NCBI GenBank assembly: GCA_963668645.2
Contig: CAXXWC010000003.1
Location: 192,001 to 256,000, forward strand
Direction of reading: 5' to 3'
DNA from: Desulfobacterales bacterium
GTDB taxonomy: Bacteria > Desulfobacterota > Desulfobacteria > Desulfobacterales > UBA2174
DNA length: 64,000 nucleotides
Under the pieces are notes generated by a model that searched no databases, had not been told where the DNA came from, and saw nothing but the letters and a program-made list of their open reading frames with translations. Shown here in pieces: positions 49,501 to 61,500 of this stretch. How positions within the stretch are numbered: the stretch's first letter is position 1; every line of letters begins with the position of its first letter. Both the position numbers and the translations under genes were made by a program.

Positions 49501-52500
49501 TTCGACCGAATCGGTTTCATAGGCGACGCTGCCGTCCTCCATGACCACCGGCCGCTGGATCTGGACCACCTGATTGGGCGAAATCACCAGCACATCGTCG
49601 CAGCCGTCGTTGTTGACATCACCGGCCGGAACGACGGCAATGTCCCTGGCAAAAGACTGGAAGGACTGATCATCGGCCCAGAATCCGGAGATGATCATGG
49701 ACGGTTCGGCGCCGAGGCCGTCGGCCGATCCCAGATAGACCACCAGCCGGCTGATGCCCGTGGTGCCCGTCTCTGCGTAGTAGTAGGCCGATTCGGCCAC
49801 CACGATGTCGTCATAGCCGTCGTTGTTCAGGTCGCCGACAGCCACGGAGTTGGCGTCGCTCATGTCGTGGCGCAGCCACCACTCGAGGTCTCCCGGGTGC
49901 GGTTCCAGCACCAGCGAAGGCTCGTCCCAGACCAGGGGTTCGGGGGCGATGTAATCCAGATTCAGGGTCTGGATCGGGCTGCCGTCGCCGAAATCGATCT
50001 CCACCTCGACCTTGCCGTCAACCGTCGGCAAAAAGCTGTAACCCGGATCCCGCACCACCACCCGGATGGTGGTGGGCTGGCCCGTGTGGATGAACTCGTC
50101 GACGAAACTCGGTTCGACCACCACCTGGTCTCCAACCGAAACGAATCCCGCCCCGGCCTGGATATCGACATCGACCAGCTGGCCCACCAGAACCCCGGAC
50201 ACGGTCCCGTTGCCGCTTCCCAGCGCCGGCGAAACCGCATCGCTCAGGTTGTTGTCCAGAAGCGACTGGTTCCGGGTCACCGGGGAACCACCGAAGGAAA
50301 CCTGCCCGGCCGCGGAGAAAAGGAGCCGGTTGGCATAGCTGTCGGTCCGGAGAATGACGCTGCGCGCATCGATACTGCCAGCTGAAGTGACCTCCAGGTC
50401 GCCGTCCATCACATCGATACCGCCCAGCAGGATCGAGCTGCGGGCGTTGATCTTCAGATCCCCCGGTCCCTGCACCTGGGCGTGAAGCTGCTGCACTTCG
50501 GCAAGCAGATCGAAACCGTTGTAAGCGGTGGCCGCAAGGATATCGGCGCTGATCAGCGTACTGCTCCCGCCGACGATGGTCATGGCGCTCAGATTGACGT
50601 TGATCGCCTGGATCGTCGGCGCACCGATCCCGCTCGCGGCGGCCGTCCCGGCTGTCGGATCGAGAACCAGAGACTTTCCGGCATTCAGATAAACGCTGCC
50701 CCCAGTGCTGTCGATGGCCCCGTTGGAAGTGAAGATGATGTTGCGCGGGGCATACAGATAAAGTCCTTCGGTAGCGGTGATGATGGTGTCGATAATGATG
50801 TCGCGCGCCACTTCTTCGCCGATATTGAACGAACCGGTATAAGCGTCATCGATGAGCACGCTCAGGTGCGGGCGCAGATCGGCGCTGCCCTCGGGCAGGG
50901 CCCAGAGTTCTTCGGAGACGAGGTTGTCCAGGCCGCTGAGGGCCGTGATCTCGGTGGCGCCGGTGATCGAGGCGGTCACTCCGGCGATGGGCCGGATCTG
51001 GCGCGCGGCATCCAGCGTGATACTGCTGGCCCAGACCTGAAGGGCGCCCACTTCGATGCTGCCCGCGCCACCGGCAGTCAGGGTAATGTTGCTGCCCGCC
51101 ACCTCTTGGGCGCGCAGGGTCCCGCCGCCGGCCACCGTCACGGCCCCGCCGTTGGCTACCACATAAGTCAGATCCACGACCTTGTCGCTGAATTGCCAAT
51201 CTTGACGCTCAACGCCGGCAGTGAAATCCCAGCCATTCTGGTCGATGCCGTAGTCGCCGTCGTCGATCCAGATATTGCCCGCCTGGTTCTCCACGACATA
51301 TTGCTGCATATCGGCGTAAACCGCGACCTCGCCGAAAACATCGACCACCAGCGCATCACCTGCGATCAGGCTGCCTTCGGCACCGAAGACCGACCCGGCG
51401 ACGGAAACCAGTTCAACCGTGTCGGCATTGAGCAGCGCGCCCTGATCCAGGTAAAGGTCGCCTGCGGTCTCGATCTGGATCAGGTCGACACCGAGCAGGC
51501 TGCCGCTGATGTGCAGATCGGCTTCACTCTGGATGTGAACTTCCCGGGCCGTAAAGGCCTGGCCGAAATTCAGGCCGCTGATCCCGGCAGGGGCGATGAT
51601 GTTCAGGATCCCGGAAGCGCTCAGGGAGATGCCCTCGAGGTTGACGAATCCGTCCTGCACGGCCTCCACCGGCTTGACCAGCTGGCCGTTGTAAATCAGC
51701 TCGGTGTACAGGGTGGGCAAGGCCTCTTCGGGCTGGTATTCCTTGTCGGTATATTCGGCCACCGGGTCGACGAAGGTGAAATCACCGTTTGAAAGCCGGG
51801 TGTAAGTCGGGGTGAACTCGGTGAACTGGACCAGGACGTCCTCACGCTCGATGTCCCCGCTCAGGCTTTCCCCCGGACCGACGATGACGGCCTCATCCCA
51901 GTCAATCCCCTCTTCCTGAAGCAGCAGATCCGCCAGCCCCACCGCCGTCAGGGTGACAGGATCGAGAACATAGACGTCGACGTTGTCCCAACTGAAATCG
52001 GCATCCAGCGGATTGGGTGCCTCGGGATCCGCGCTGGCGATGATGATCGGATAATGATAGTCGTTGACCTCGAACAGGTCATGAGTAAGCTCTCGCCTGA
52101 TGGTCTGCTCCTTGCCGTCCTCGTCCAGCCGGATTTCGTCGTGCCAGGTGGTGGTGGTGCCGGCCAACTGGCGCACGAAGAAGGAAACCTCGCCGGGGTA
52201 GACGACGGCGGGAACCTCCCCGAACAGATCGACCGCGTAGAGCCGATCGTCGCCCTGATCGTCCGGGGTGCCCATGATGTCACGGTAGTACCAGGTCCCA
52301 CCGTTTTGCTCCAGGGCGACCTGCCAAGTGTAAAAGGCGTCGTCGGTGTTGTCCTCGACGTAGACCGGTTCACCGGTTTCCGGGTCCGTGGCGCCGGTCA
52401 ATCCTTTTACGTCACGATAATAGAGTTGGCCGGTGACGGTGTTCTGGTAGAGGTGGAACCCGGAGAACGGATCCTGGGCCACCAGCACCCCTTCGGTTTC

Positions 52501-55500
52501 CGGATCGCCGCCGGTTGTCTGCTGCCCCAAAGCCTGAATCATGATGGAAGTGGTCTGCGGCGCGGCAAGTTGTACAGTCTTAAGCTGCTGTTCGAGGACC
52601 AGGTACTCGGATTTCAGGCTGTCGAGTTGGCCTGAAAGAAGGGTTGCTTGGGCCTGATTCTGGGCCAGGTTGGCGCGAAAAACATCGGCCAGGTTGCTGA
52701 ACCGCTCGGCCCCCTGATCCACTATCAGGCTCTGGGCCAGCAGCAGGATGTCGGCCTCGGTCTGCTGGGCACTCAGATCGACGCCGTACAGATCGAAACG
52801 CTCGGCCCATTTCTGGGCAACAATCACGTATAGGTTGAACTGCATCTGTTCTTCGTAATCGGCCAGAACCTGAAGATCGGTCTGTTTGAGTGCGATCTGG
52901 CTTTGCAGCCCTTCGTTGTCGTTGATCAGGGTATCTCGCTGTGCCGTATAGTCGGTCTGATCGGCGGCCAGGTCCTGTTCCAGTTGCTGCATGGCCTGGA
53001 TGTCCTGGGTGATGTAATCATAGGTGACGATAAAATCGTTCATCTGGGCTTGGAGCTGATTCGCGAGGTTGGCGAGTTCCTCCCGTTCGTTTCCGACCAG
53101 TCCCTGCCCCTGGCCCAGGAGATTGGCAAGTTGCCCCATCTGCGTTTCGACGGTGTTTTTCTCGACCACCAGCGGGTCGATGTAGTCCTGCAGGGCGGTC
53201 TGCTGCTGATCGAGCAGGCTTGGGGTAAAGCGGTTGGGCCGTCTCCAGGTGGCGTCGATATGACCGATCAGGGCGTCCCGATCGGCCTGGGCCGCAGCCA
53301 GGGCCGGCTCCAGTTTGTCGATGGCCTGCATACAGCCGTCGAAGTCCTGGGGCAGATCGGGGTTGAGTTCACCGCTGTACCCGGCCTCACGGAGCCATCC
53401 GTAGGTGAAGCTCAGATCGCCACTCGACTGGTAATATTCTCCGCTCTTGTTTCCTTTGCCCCATGATTCGAGAAGGTCGGCGCGCAGCTCCAGCATCCTC
53501 GAATAGCTCAGTGCCCAGATGTCTTTGTCGTTGAGCTCTGCCAGACTCCAACCGGCGGGGCCGTATGGGCCGTCGGTGATGTTATAGTAATCCCAGGGCA
53601 CTTCTTTGCCGTCGTTGGGAAGGTAGAAATATCCCTCCCGGGTGTTGAATTCGATGGTCTCGTTGGTCTCGGAGAACCTCGGGGCCGTAATGTAGCTGGG
53701 GATGTATTTTTGATTGAGTTCCCTGAGGAAAGAATCGACCCTGAACAGCCAGTAATCCACCTGGTCGTAATAATCCCGCTGATCGCCAATATACCGTACC
53801 GCCACGTTGCCGAACTGCTGGTCCAGCGCTGCCAGCCGGCTGTTGATCAGAGTAATATCGTTTTCAATCTCGCCGTAAGGGGCATAGCCGACGATGGCTG
53901 TAAGCTCGGTCCCCAGGGCATCGATCAACAGCCCCTTGCTGGCCAGATACTCACTGTACTCGGCCAGCGATCTGAGATCCTGGTCGAATTGGGTGTAGTA
54001 GACCTGACCTGACTGGGCCTGCTCGATCAGGCCGTTGACGATATCGAGGATCGTATCGATCTGGCCGATCTCGGTTCCCAGATCGTTGTACTGGCTCTCC
54101 AGGCCGGCGTAAGTGGTCTCGGCAAATTCACCGGTGGTCAGATCGGCCACGAAGTCGTTCATCGCCTGGGTCAGAATATCGCCATAGTCCGCCAGGCTGC
54201 AGAAGCGGGCATCCAGATCCGCATAGGCCATATCGTCCATGCCGGCGAGGATCTCCCAGTCGAGGTAGTTGACCCGATCGAGGGTCGCATTCAGCGCCAG
54301 GTAGTCACTCACGACCCCGAGGGTCTGTTCGACGGTGGCCAGTTCACCCTGATTTTCGACGATCTGCAGTTGGAGCGTCGTTTTCTGGGTATTGAGCGAA
54401 TCCAGGGTCTGGACCACATCGCCGTCCAGGGCGGTCAGGTTCAGGTACAAGGTGCCCAACTGATCGTTGCTCAGGGTTTTCAGATCAACCGTTTGGGCAA
54501 TGGACCCGATATCGCGCACCTCGTCCAACCGGCCGATACCGCTGGGAGGCGTGTATTGCCGCAGGCGCATCTCAGACTGCACACCGGCCAGCAGCGATCC
54601 CAGGTCTTCCCGGTAGGTGCCGGTAACGGCGATACTGTCTTCGACGACATCCAGCTCGGTAAGGTACTGGGCATTGTCTCCTGCGATGTTTACGATCGTC
54701 AGAAGGTTTTGCTCGATCTGGTACTGGAGGGTGTCGATGTTTTGCAGCAGCGATTGGCGCTGGGCTACCAGGTCGGTGTAGGCCAGGATCTGGCCGTCAC
54801 CGATATCCAGGGTCATCTCTTCGATGGTATCCGGCAAGGGTGCCTGGATGTCGAGAAGCGCTTGCAGGTTTTCGTATTGCAGTCTGAACTGCTGGGCCTG
54901 GACCTGGTAGGGCAGGTTGATGACCTGGCCCAGGTAAAGGTCTTGCAGGATGGCCAGGACGTCTTGCTGGCCGATCTCGAGGCTGGCGACCGTCCGTTCC
55001 AGGGCCGCCAGATCGATGGCGAGCTGGGCCTGCTGGCGCAGGTTGTCCTGCAGGGCCTGCAGGACCTGCTGCTGCTCGGCCACGGACTGCACATAGACGT
55101 TGAACCCGTTGCGGCCCTCGATCAGCTCCCCGTCTTCGCCCACCTGAACGGTATCGTCCGCCAGGTTGACGTTGCCGCCGCTGATGATCTGGATTCCGCT
55201 CAATCCGGTGACATGGCCGCTCAAGGTGGCGCTGCTGCCCACATCCATCGAGATGGCGCCGATCTCCAGCAGGACCTGCTGGCCGAAGGTGGACAGGCTG
55301 CCCCCCGCGACGAAGGAAAGCGTTGCCGGGGTCACCAGATGCCCGGTGACGGTGAGGTTGCCGGCCGCTTCGAGGTTCAACCCGCCCTCTGAGATCAGGC
55401 TGCTGCCCGTCTCGCGCACGAAAATACTACCGGTACTGGACTTGAAGGTCAGCCCCTGTTCCGATCCACGGCTGTGGGCGTCGTTGAGGATCAGTCCGTT

Positions 55501-58500
55501 GAGGGCGCTGACCGTGATCGCCCCACCTTGGGCGTTCAGCACTTCGGCGCCGGGCGACAGCTCGCCGATCCCGTCCACATCGGCGACGTCGATGGTATCG
55601 TCGCCGGTGGAAAGGATTTCGCTCATGCTGTTGACCGCCATCTTCAGTCCGGTGATGGATTGGCCGGCCGCAAGGTTCACGTCCCCGGCCACGATGCCCA
55701 CGGATTCGCTGCCCGGACCCACGATGGCGCCGTCGGCATCCAGGGTCACCTTGCTCTGGGAGGTGAACCCTTTGGTCATCCCCAGCAGGCTGGTGGTCTC
55801 GGAAAAGACATATTCAGTGCGGTTCTGACTCCAGGCCGGATCGGCGTCGGGCATAAAGGAGGCTTCGTAGCTCACGCCCAACAGATCGAGCAGCTGCGTG
55901 TAGAGCACGAAAGCCACATGCCCGCTGATGGGCGAAAGCGGATCGATGGTCACGAAATCGGCTTCATCCAGCAGATAGGGATCGTCTTCGGGACCGATGG
56001 CTGCCAGGGCGCCGGCGATGATGGCCGCCAGGTCCTCGGCCTCGTCCATCTCAAGATGCACCCCGATGACCGGATCGCCCTGCGGATTTTCGGAGTAGTC
56101 GAGGATCGGGTTGCCCTCTTCATCCAGGAGCGAATCGCGCAGGACCGCCGGGATGTCGGCCAGCGGAATCGGCGCGACGACCGGATCGGCTTCCGGATCG
56201 CCGTCCAGGTCGATCCGGCTCAACTGAGCGTTGAGCAGGGCCAGGCGCAGTGCGGCGGCCTCGGCATCGTCGGCGGCGTAAGTGCCCCCGCTGATCTCGC
56301 CCACCGTGATGGTGCCGCCGCTGCCTTCGACGGTGCGCAGGATGATCTGGTTGGCCTCAGGCGTCTCACCGGTGGTATTCCAGTCGGTCTTGAGCACGAT
56401 CGACTGGGCGTACAGGTCGCCGTTGGAGGTGATATCGAGGCTGCCATTGGCCAGGGTGACTGCCGTGAGGGTCAGATCGGCGCTTGAATTGTAAAGGTAG
56501 AGATTGCCGTTGCCGCTGATCTCGAGGGTCAGGGCGTTCACGTCGGTATTCAGCGGCGCATCCGGGGCGCCGACGTCGCCGAAAGCCTCCACGGTGGCTT
56601 GGTCTGCGACGATGGTGGTCCCCGGATCGACGATGGTGCCTTCCACCGTCAGGATAACGTCCGCGTCGCCAGCAGCGTAAATCTCGCCGATCTCCACCAC
56701 CACTCCGCCGGTTCCGGCTCCGCGGGCGCCAATGGTGATGTCGTCCTCGTCGGCACCGGACAGGGAGGCCACGTCGGAGATGATCAAATTATCGGTGATA
56801 ACCGCGATGGTGATCGGCCCGGCGGCGGTCCGGATTTCGGTCAGAGTCACCACTTCCGGCCATACCGGCGTCCCTTCCTCATCGAGGACAAAGCCGACGT
56901 TGTCGATTTGCAGGGCGCCGCTGCCGGTCACCTCAGCCTCGATGCTGGCGGCCCAGACGTTTTCCAGGGTGATGCCGCTCAGGGACTCGACCACCAGCGT
57001 GTCTTCGGCTACCAGCAGGCCGCCGCCGGTCGGCTGGTCGGTTTCTTGCGCCGGTTCCTCGCCGCTGGTCTGGTCGATGATGCCGGCCGGGGCCGACAGG
57101 ACCAGGGTATCGGTGCGGACATCGGCGTCGAACAGTGAGATGTCGCCCGCCGTATCGCCGGCCCGCAGTTCGATCCGGCCGCCCTCGCCCAGGGTTTCCA
57201 GGGTGCCGCCCAGCGAGAGCCGTTGGCTGTTCTCATCCAGTTGATCGACGGCATCGCCGGTGGCCTGGCGGTGAACGATGACGCTCCCCTGCACGGCTGT
57301 TCCCTGGCCAGCGGTGATTTCGATGGTGCTGCCCGCGGCGCTGATGATCCCGGTAACCGTGGCGTCGGTGGCGGCGCTGATCTCGATCGTATGCCGGCCG
57401 AGGATTTCACCTTCGACCGTCACCGCACCTTCACCGGTACTGATCGCGATGTCGAGTTCACCGGGCACCGGGACCGCGTCGCCGGTGGTGGTCAGGGTGG
57501 CGGTTTCGCCGATGGTCACGTCGCCCGCCGCGATGATCTCGATGGATTTAACGGCCGAAACGGTGATCATGTCGTCGATGGTGGGCTCCACGGGCATGTC
57601 TTCGCCCACGGTGACATCGGCGGTTTGCGATTCGATGTAAACGGCGCTTTCTTCACCGGAAGCCGCAATGCCAGCCTTGACCGTGACCTGGCCGTGGGCC
57701 GTGATGGTGATATTGCCCGTGGCGCTCAGGGTATCGAGATCGAAGATACCCAGATCCAGGGGACCGTCCGGCGTCACCGCGCTGCCGCTCCAATCGAGCT
57801 GCTGTTCGGTCACCGGCACGTACTCCCAGTTGGTGACCTGCTCGAACTTGATCACCGGCACTTCACTGGTCAGCGTCTCGTAGCGCGGCCGCTTGTCCAC
57901 GATGTCGTGGGCCTCGGTGAAGATGCGGTAGGTCAGGTCGGAGCGGATGTCGCTGATCGGCTCCCAGGCCGTCTTCAGCTTGTAGACGAAATCCTCGTAG
58001 GTCTCGCCGTTGACTTCCGGATCCATCCAGTAGGGATCGACTTCCCACACCGCGTAGATCTGGCTGGACCCGTCCAGATCGTTCCAGGTGCCGCCGGGCC
58101 ACATCATCAGATGGTCTTCGCCGTTAAGGTCGTTGGGCTCGCCGGAGGCGAAGTTGGTGTAGACCTCCTCATCGGTCCGGTAGACCGTCTCGCCGGTGAC
58201 CCACTTGAAGGCGTACCATGTCTCGTGGCTCGTGCCCCAGACATCGTAGCCACCCAGCCAGACGCTGTTGCTGCCGATCCAGTCGGCGATGAATTCGTTC
58301 TCATCCTCGTCGTTGATGACCACCAGGTGGGCATGCTCCGGCGAGGCGGCCTGGGCCTGGGCCCAGGTATAAAGCGTATTGTTCTTGATATAGTAATGGT
58401 TCGACAGTTCCTGGTGCTTGCCCACGTAGGAAACCCAATGGGTCCCGTCGGAAGCCACCAGCTCCAGCGTGGCCCCGTTCTGGGCCACGTTGAGCTTCCC

Positions 58501-61500
58501 GTTGCCCACGTCCTCCTGGGCGAAAACCGCGTTGCCCAGCGCGTCGTAGCCGAAGTTCCAGTTGTTGCCGGTAAACACGGAGTAACCGCCGGAGCTTCCC
58601 ACCGCCACGGCGTTTTCCATCGGATCGGCCCCGCCGGCCCGGCTGTAGTCGCCCCACAGGGTCCGGTAGAGTTGGCCGCTTCCGTCCTCGAACCAGAGCA
58701 CCCCATCCCCGAAGTCCCCGCTCCCGTTGCTGCCCGTATAGCGAACGGTCCCGGCATCGCCCAAGTCCCAATCGGCCGGCATCCACTCCACCTTTACCGA
58801 CCGGTCGATTTCGGTCAGGGTGTAAACCAGGTCGTTTGCCAGCTGCATATCGTTGAGGTAGAGCGTATCGGTTCCCAAAGCCAGGGCCAGATCTTCCAGG
58901 GCCTGCATCGAGACGCCGCTGTCAACGGCGTACATCAGCTGGACCAGTCCGATATAGAAGTTCTGCTGCACGTAGGGTTCGGTCGGACTGATCTCCCGGC
59001 CGTCGAAGATGCTGTACTGGGTAAAGGCGGTGTACTCGTCGGTCCAGGCCGAGTGAGGATCTTCCCGGTAGGTGACGATGTAACGCGCTTGGCTCTGGTC
59101 ATAATCCAGCATACGCCACCAGTCGCCCGGAGAAGGATCGGCCGGTTCACTTTCCAGCTGATGGCCGGACCAGGCCTGGGTGTATTCGAGCTGGGCCACG
59201 TTGCGGGCGTAGCCCACCGTCTCGTCGTAAGTATTGACATCGCCCACGTACTGCAGGGTCTTATCGTCCGGATCACTGCGGTCGTTGCCCAGGGTGGTCA
59301 TCTCATAGTTTTCCCACCATTCCACCGGGACGCGCAGGAAGATGTCGGTGCCGTCGTCCAGCTCGTAGTAGACCACGTCGCGCTGGGCGTCGCTGAAATC
59401 CAGATCCCAGAAAGTGGCGGTGGGAACACCTTCATAGTTGCGGTTGATCCGGCCCAGGCCCTCGGTGGCCGAGTAGATCTTGTCCCACCGGTCCCCGGCC
59501 AGGTCGCTGCTCAGAATGGTGTCCTCGCGCTCGAAGAAGCTGGCGATGTAAAGATTTTCGTCCGGATTGCTCAGGCGCCAGTCGTAGTCCACCCCGGCGA
59601 TGAAGAAATCGTCGGCGATGGCGGCGATCGCGTCTTGGATCAGGTTGTAGACGGCCCGGGCCACCTCGCGGGTCATGTACTGCCCGTCGATTGCGTAATC
59701 GCTGCGAACGATCTCGGCGAACTCGGCGGCGTATTCCGCCGACATGGCCAGCTCCCCGTCCACGAACAGATCTTCGGGAACCGTCTGGTTGGGGTCCAGT
59801 GTATCCAGCTCGGCCTGCAGGGTCGCCGGGGTGATGCCAGCAAAGGCCTCGTTTAGCATCTCGGTGGGCGGCAGGAAATGGGCCCGGGCCGCCTCGGCCT
59901 CGGTGTCGTAAAGGTCATGGTTCCAGTGGACGGCCGGATCGAAGGGCACGAACTCGGAGAACCAGAAGTCGAAGTAGTGCTTGGTCACCGTGTAGGTGTA
60001 GACTTCCATATCGAGGATGCTGGCGATGTCGGCCATGGCGACCTGGGTGACATGGAAGACATCGTTTACCCAGACACCGGCGACAAACTGGTTGTCGATC
60101 ACCAGCCCCTCGAAGGTCGGCGAGGCTGCATCCGTTTCGCTGAAAGCCCAGACCCCGTCGCTGATCTCGGTGAGCACCGACCCGGCGGCGGCCTGACTGA
60201 TGACACCGTCGGCGGCCGTCTTGAACTGCATCCCGGCGTTCTGGACAAAGGTCATCCCGCTGGCCAGGGCATCGGCTTTTTGCAACCCGTCCACCAGATC
60301 ATAAATGGACGGAAGAGTGGCGATGATGATGGGATCGTCTTCCTCACCGACGGTTACCGTCTTTTCGAAGGCCGAGATGAACTGCATGTCGAACAGCTTC
60401 TCGTAGCCGAGGAAATCGAGAATCGCGTTGATGCGTTCGGTATCGGTCAGGTCGTCCCATTCCTTCCATTCGCCTTCCTGGGCGTGGATCATATTGGAGA
60501 CGTCCATGAAGGTCTTTTCATTGTACCACTGGGATTGTGCGGAAACCTGCGCAACCGCCTCCTCAAACGCCATCTGGCTCATCCCGCCGATCTGTTCGGT
60601 GACAAAAAGCTGCGGCATGGATTGGATGAAAAGCTCCGAGACCGCCGTCTCCATCACTGTTTGCGATATGCCACCGGCCTGGACATAAGGGACATCCGGG
60701 TCCACCGGAACTCTGTAGTTGACCACCTGCTCGACAAGCTGTCGAATTATTATGGCCTCTATGTCCATGTCCTCTGGGTTGACCCAACGGCCCAATCCAT
60801 CATTGAGCCATCCCACGAAAATCGCTTGCTGCCAGGGGTCTTCCTTCCCCGGCCAGTCGAGATCGGCCACCGTGTAATCCACGCCCGGAATGAAATACTC
60901 GCGGAACTGGTCCGCCTTGGCCAGTTCCCCGACCCCGTAGACCGTATCCTGGATCAAGACCCGGTTCAAGCGGGCCAGTTCCACCCCGCTGAGCTCGTCT
61001 TTGGCCAGGAGGGCATTGGCTTCGCCGCTCAGGGTTACGCCGCTCTCGAAGGCCGCCGCATCATACAGCGACACCCCGCTGGCCACGATGGTGTTGAAAT
61101 CGTCGATCAGAGCCTGCTTCAGGGCGGTGGACGGCTCGTTGGGATAGGTGTAGCCCAACAGCATGGACCTGGTGGCAGGGCTCAGGGCGGTCCAGACGCG
61201 GTTGACCGCCGTGCAGTCAATCGGTCCTACCGTCTTGAGCCAGTAGGCCGCCAGATCCGGACTGGCGCCATAGTCAGGATTCAGATCGACCATCCCGAAA
61301 CCGACCTTGTAATAGCCGTCCTGGAACAGGCGGGTCTCCACACTGCCGAACTCGCTGCCCACCTTCACATCGTCGAAACCGGTCTGCTCGGTTGTGATGG
61401 TGGGGATCCAGTGGACCACCGGCTGGAGAACGAATCCGGCCTCCACCCGGCGGTAACCGGTAACCACATCCACATAGACCGGCTCGTAGGTGATGTAGGC

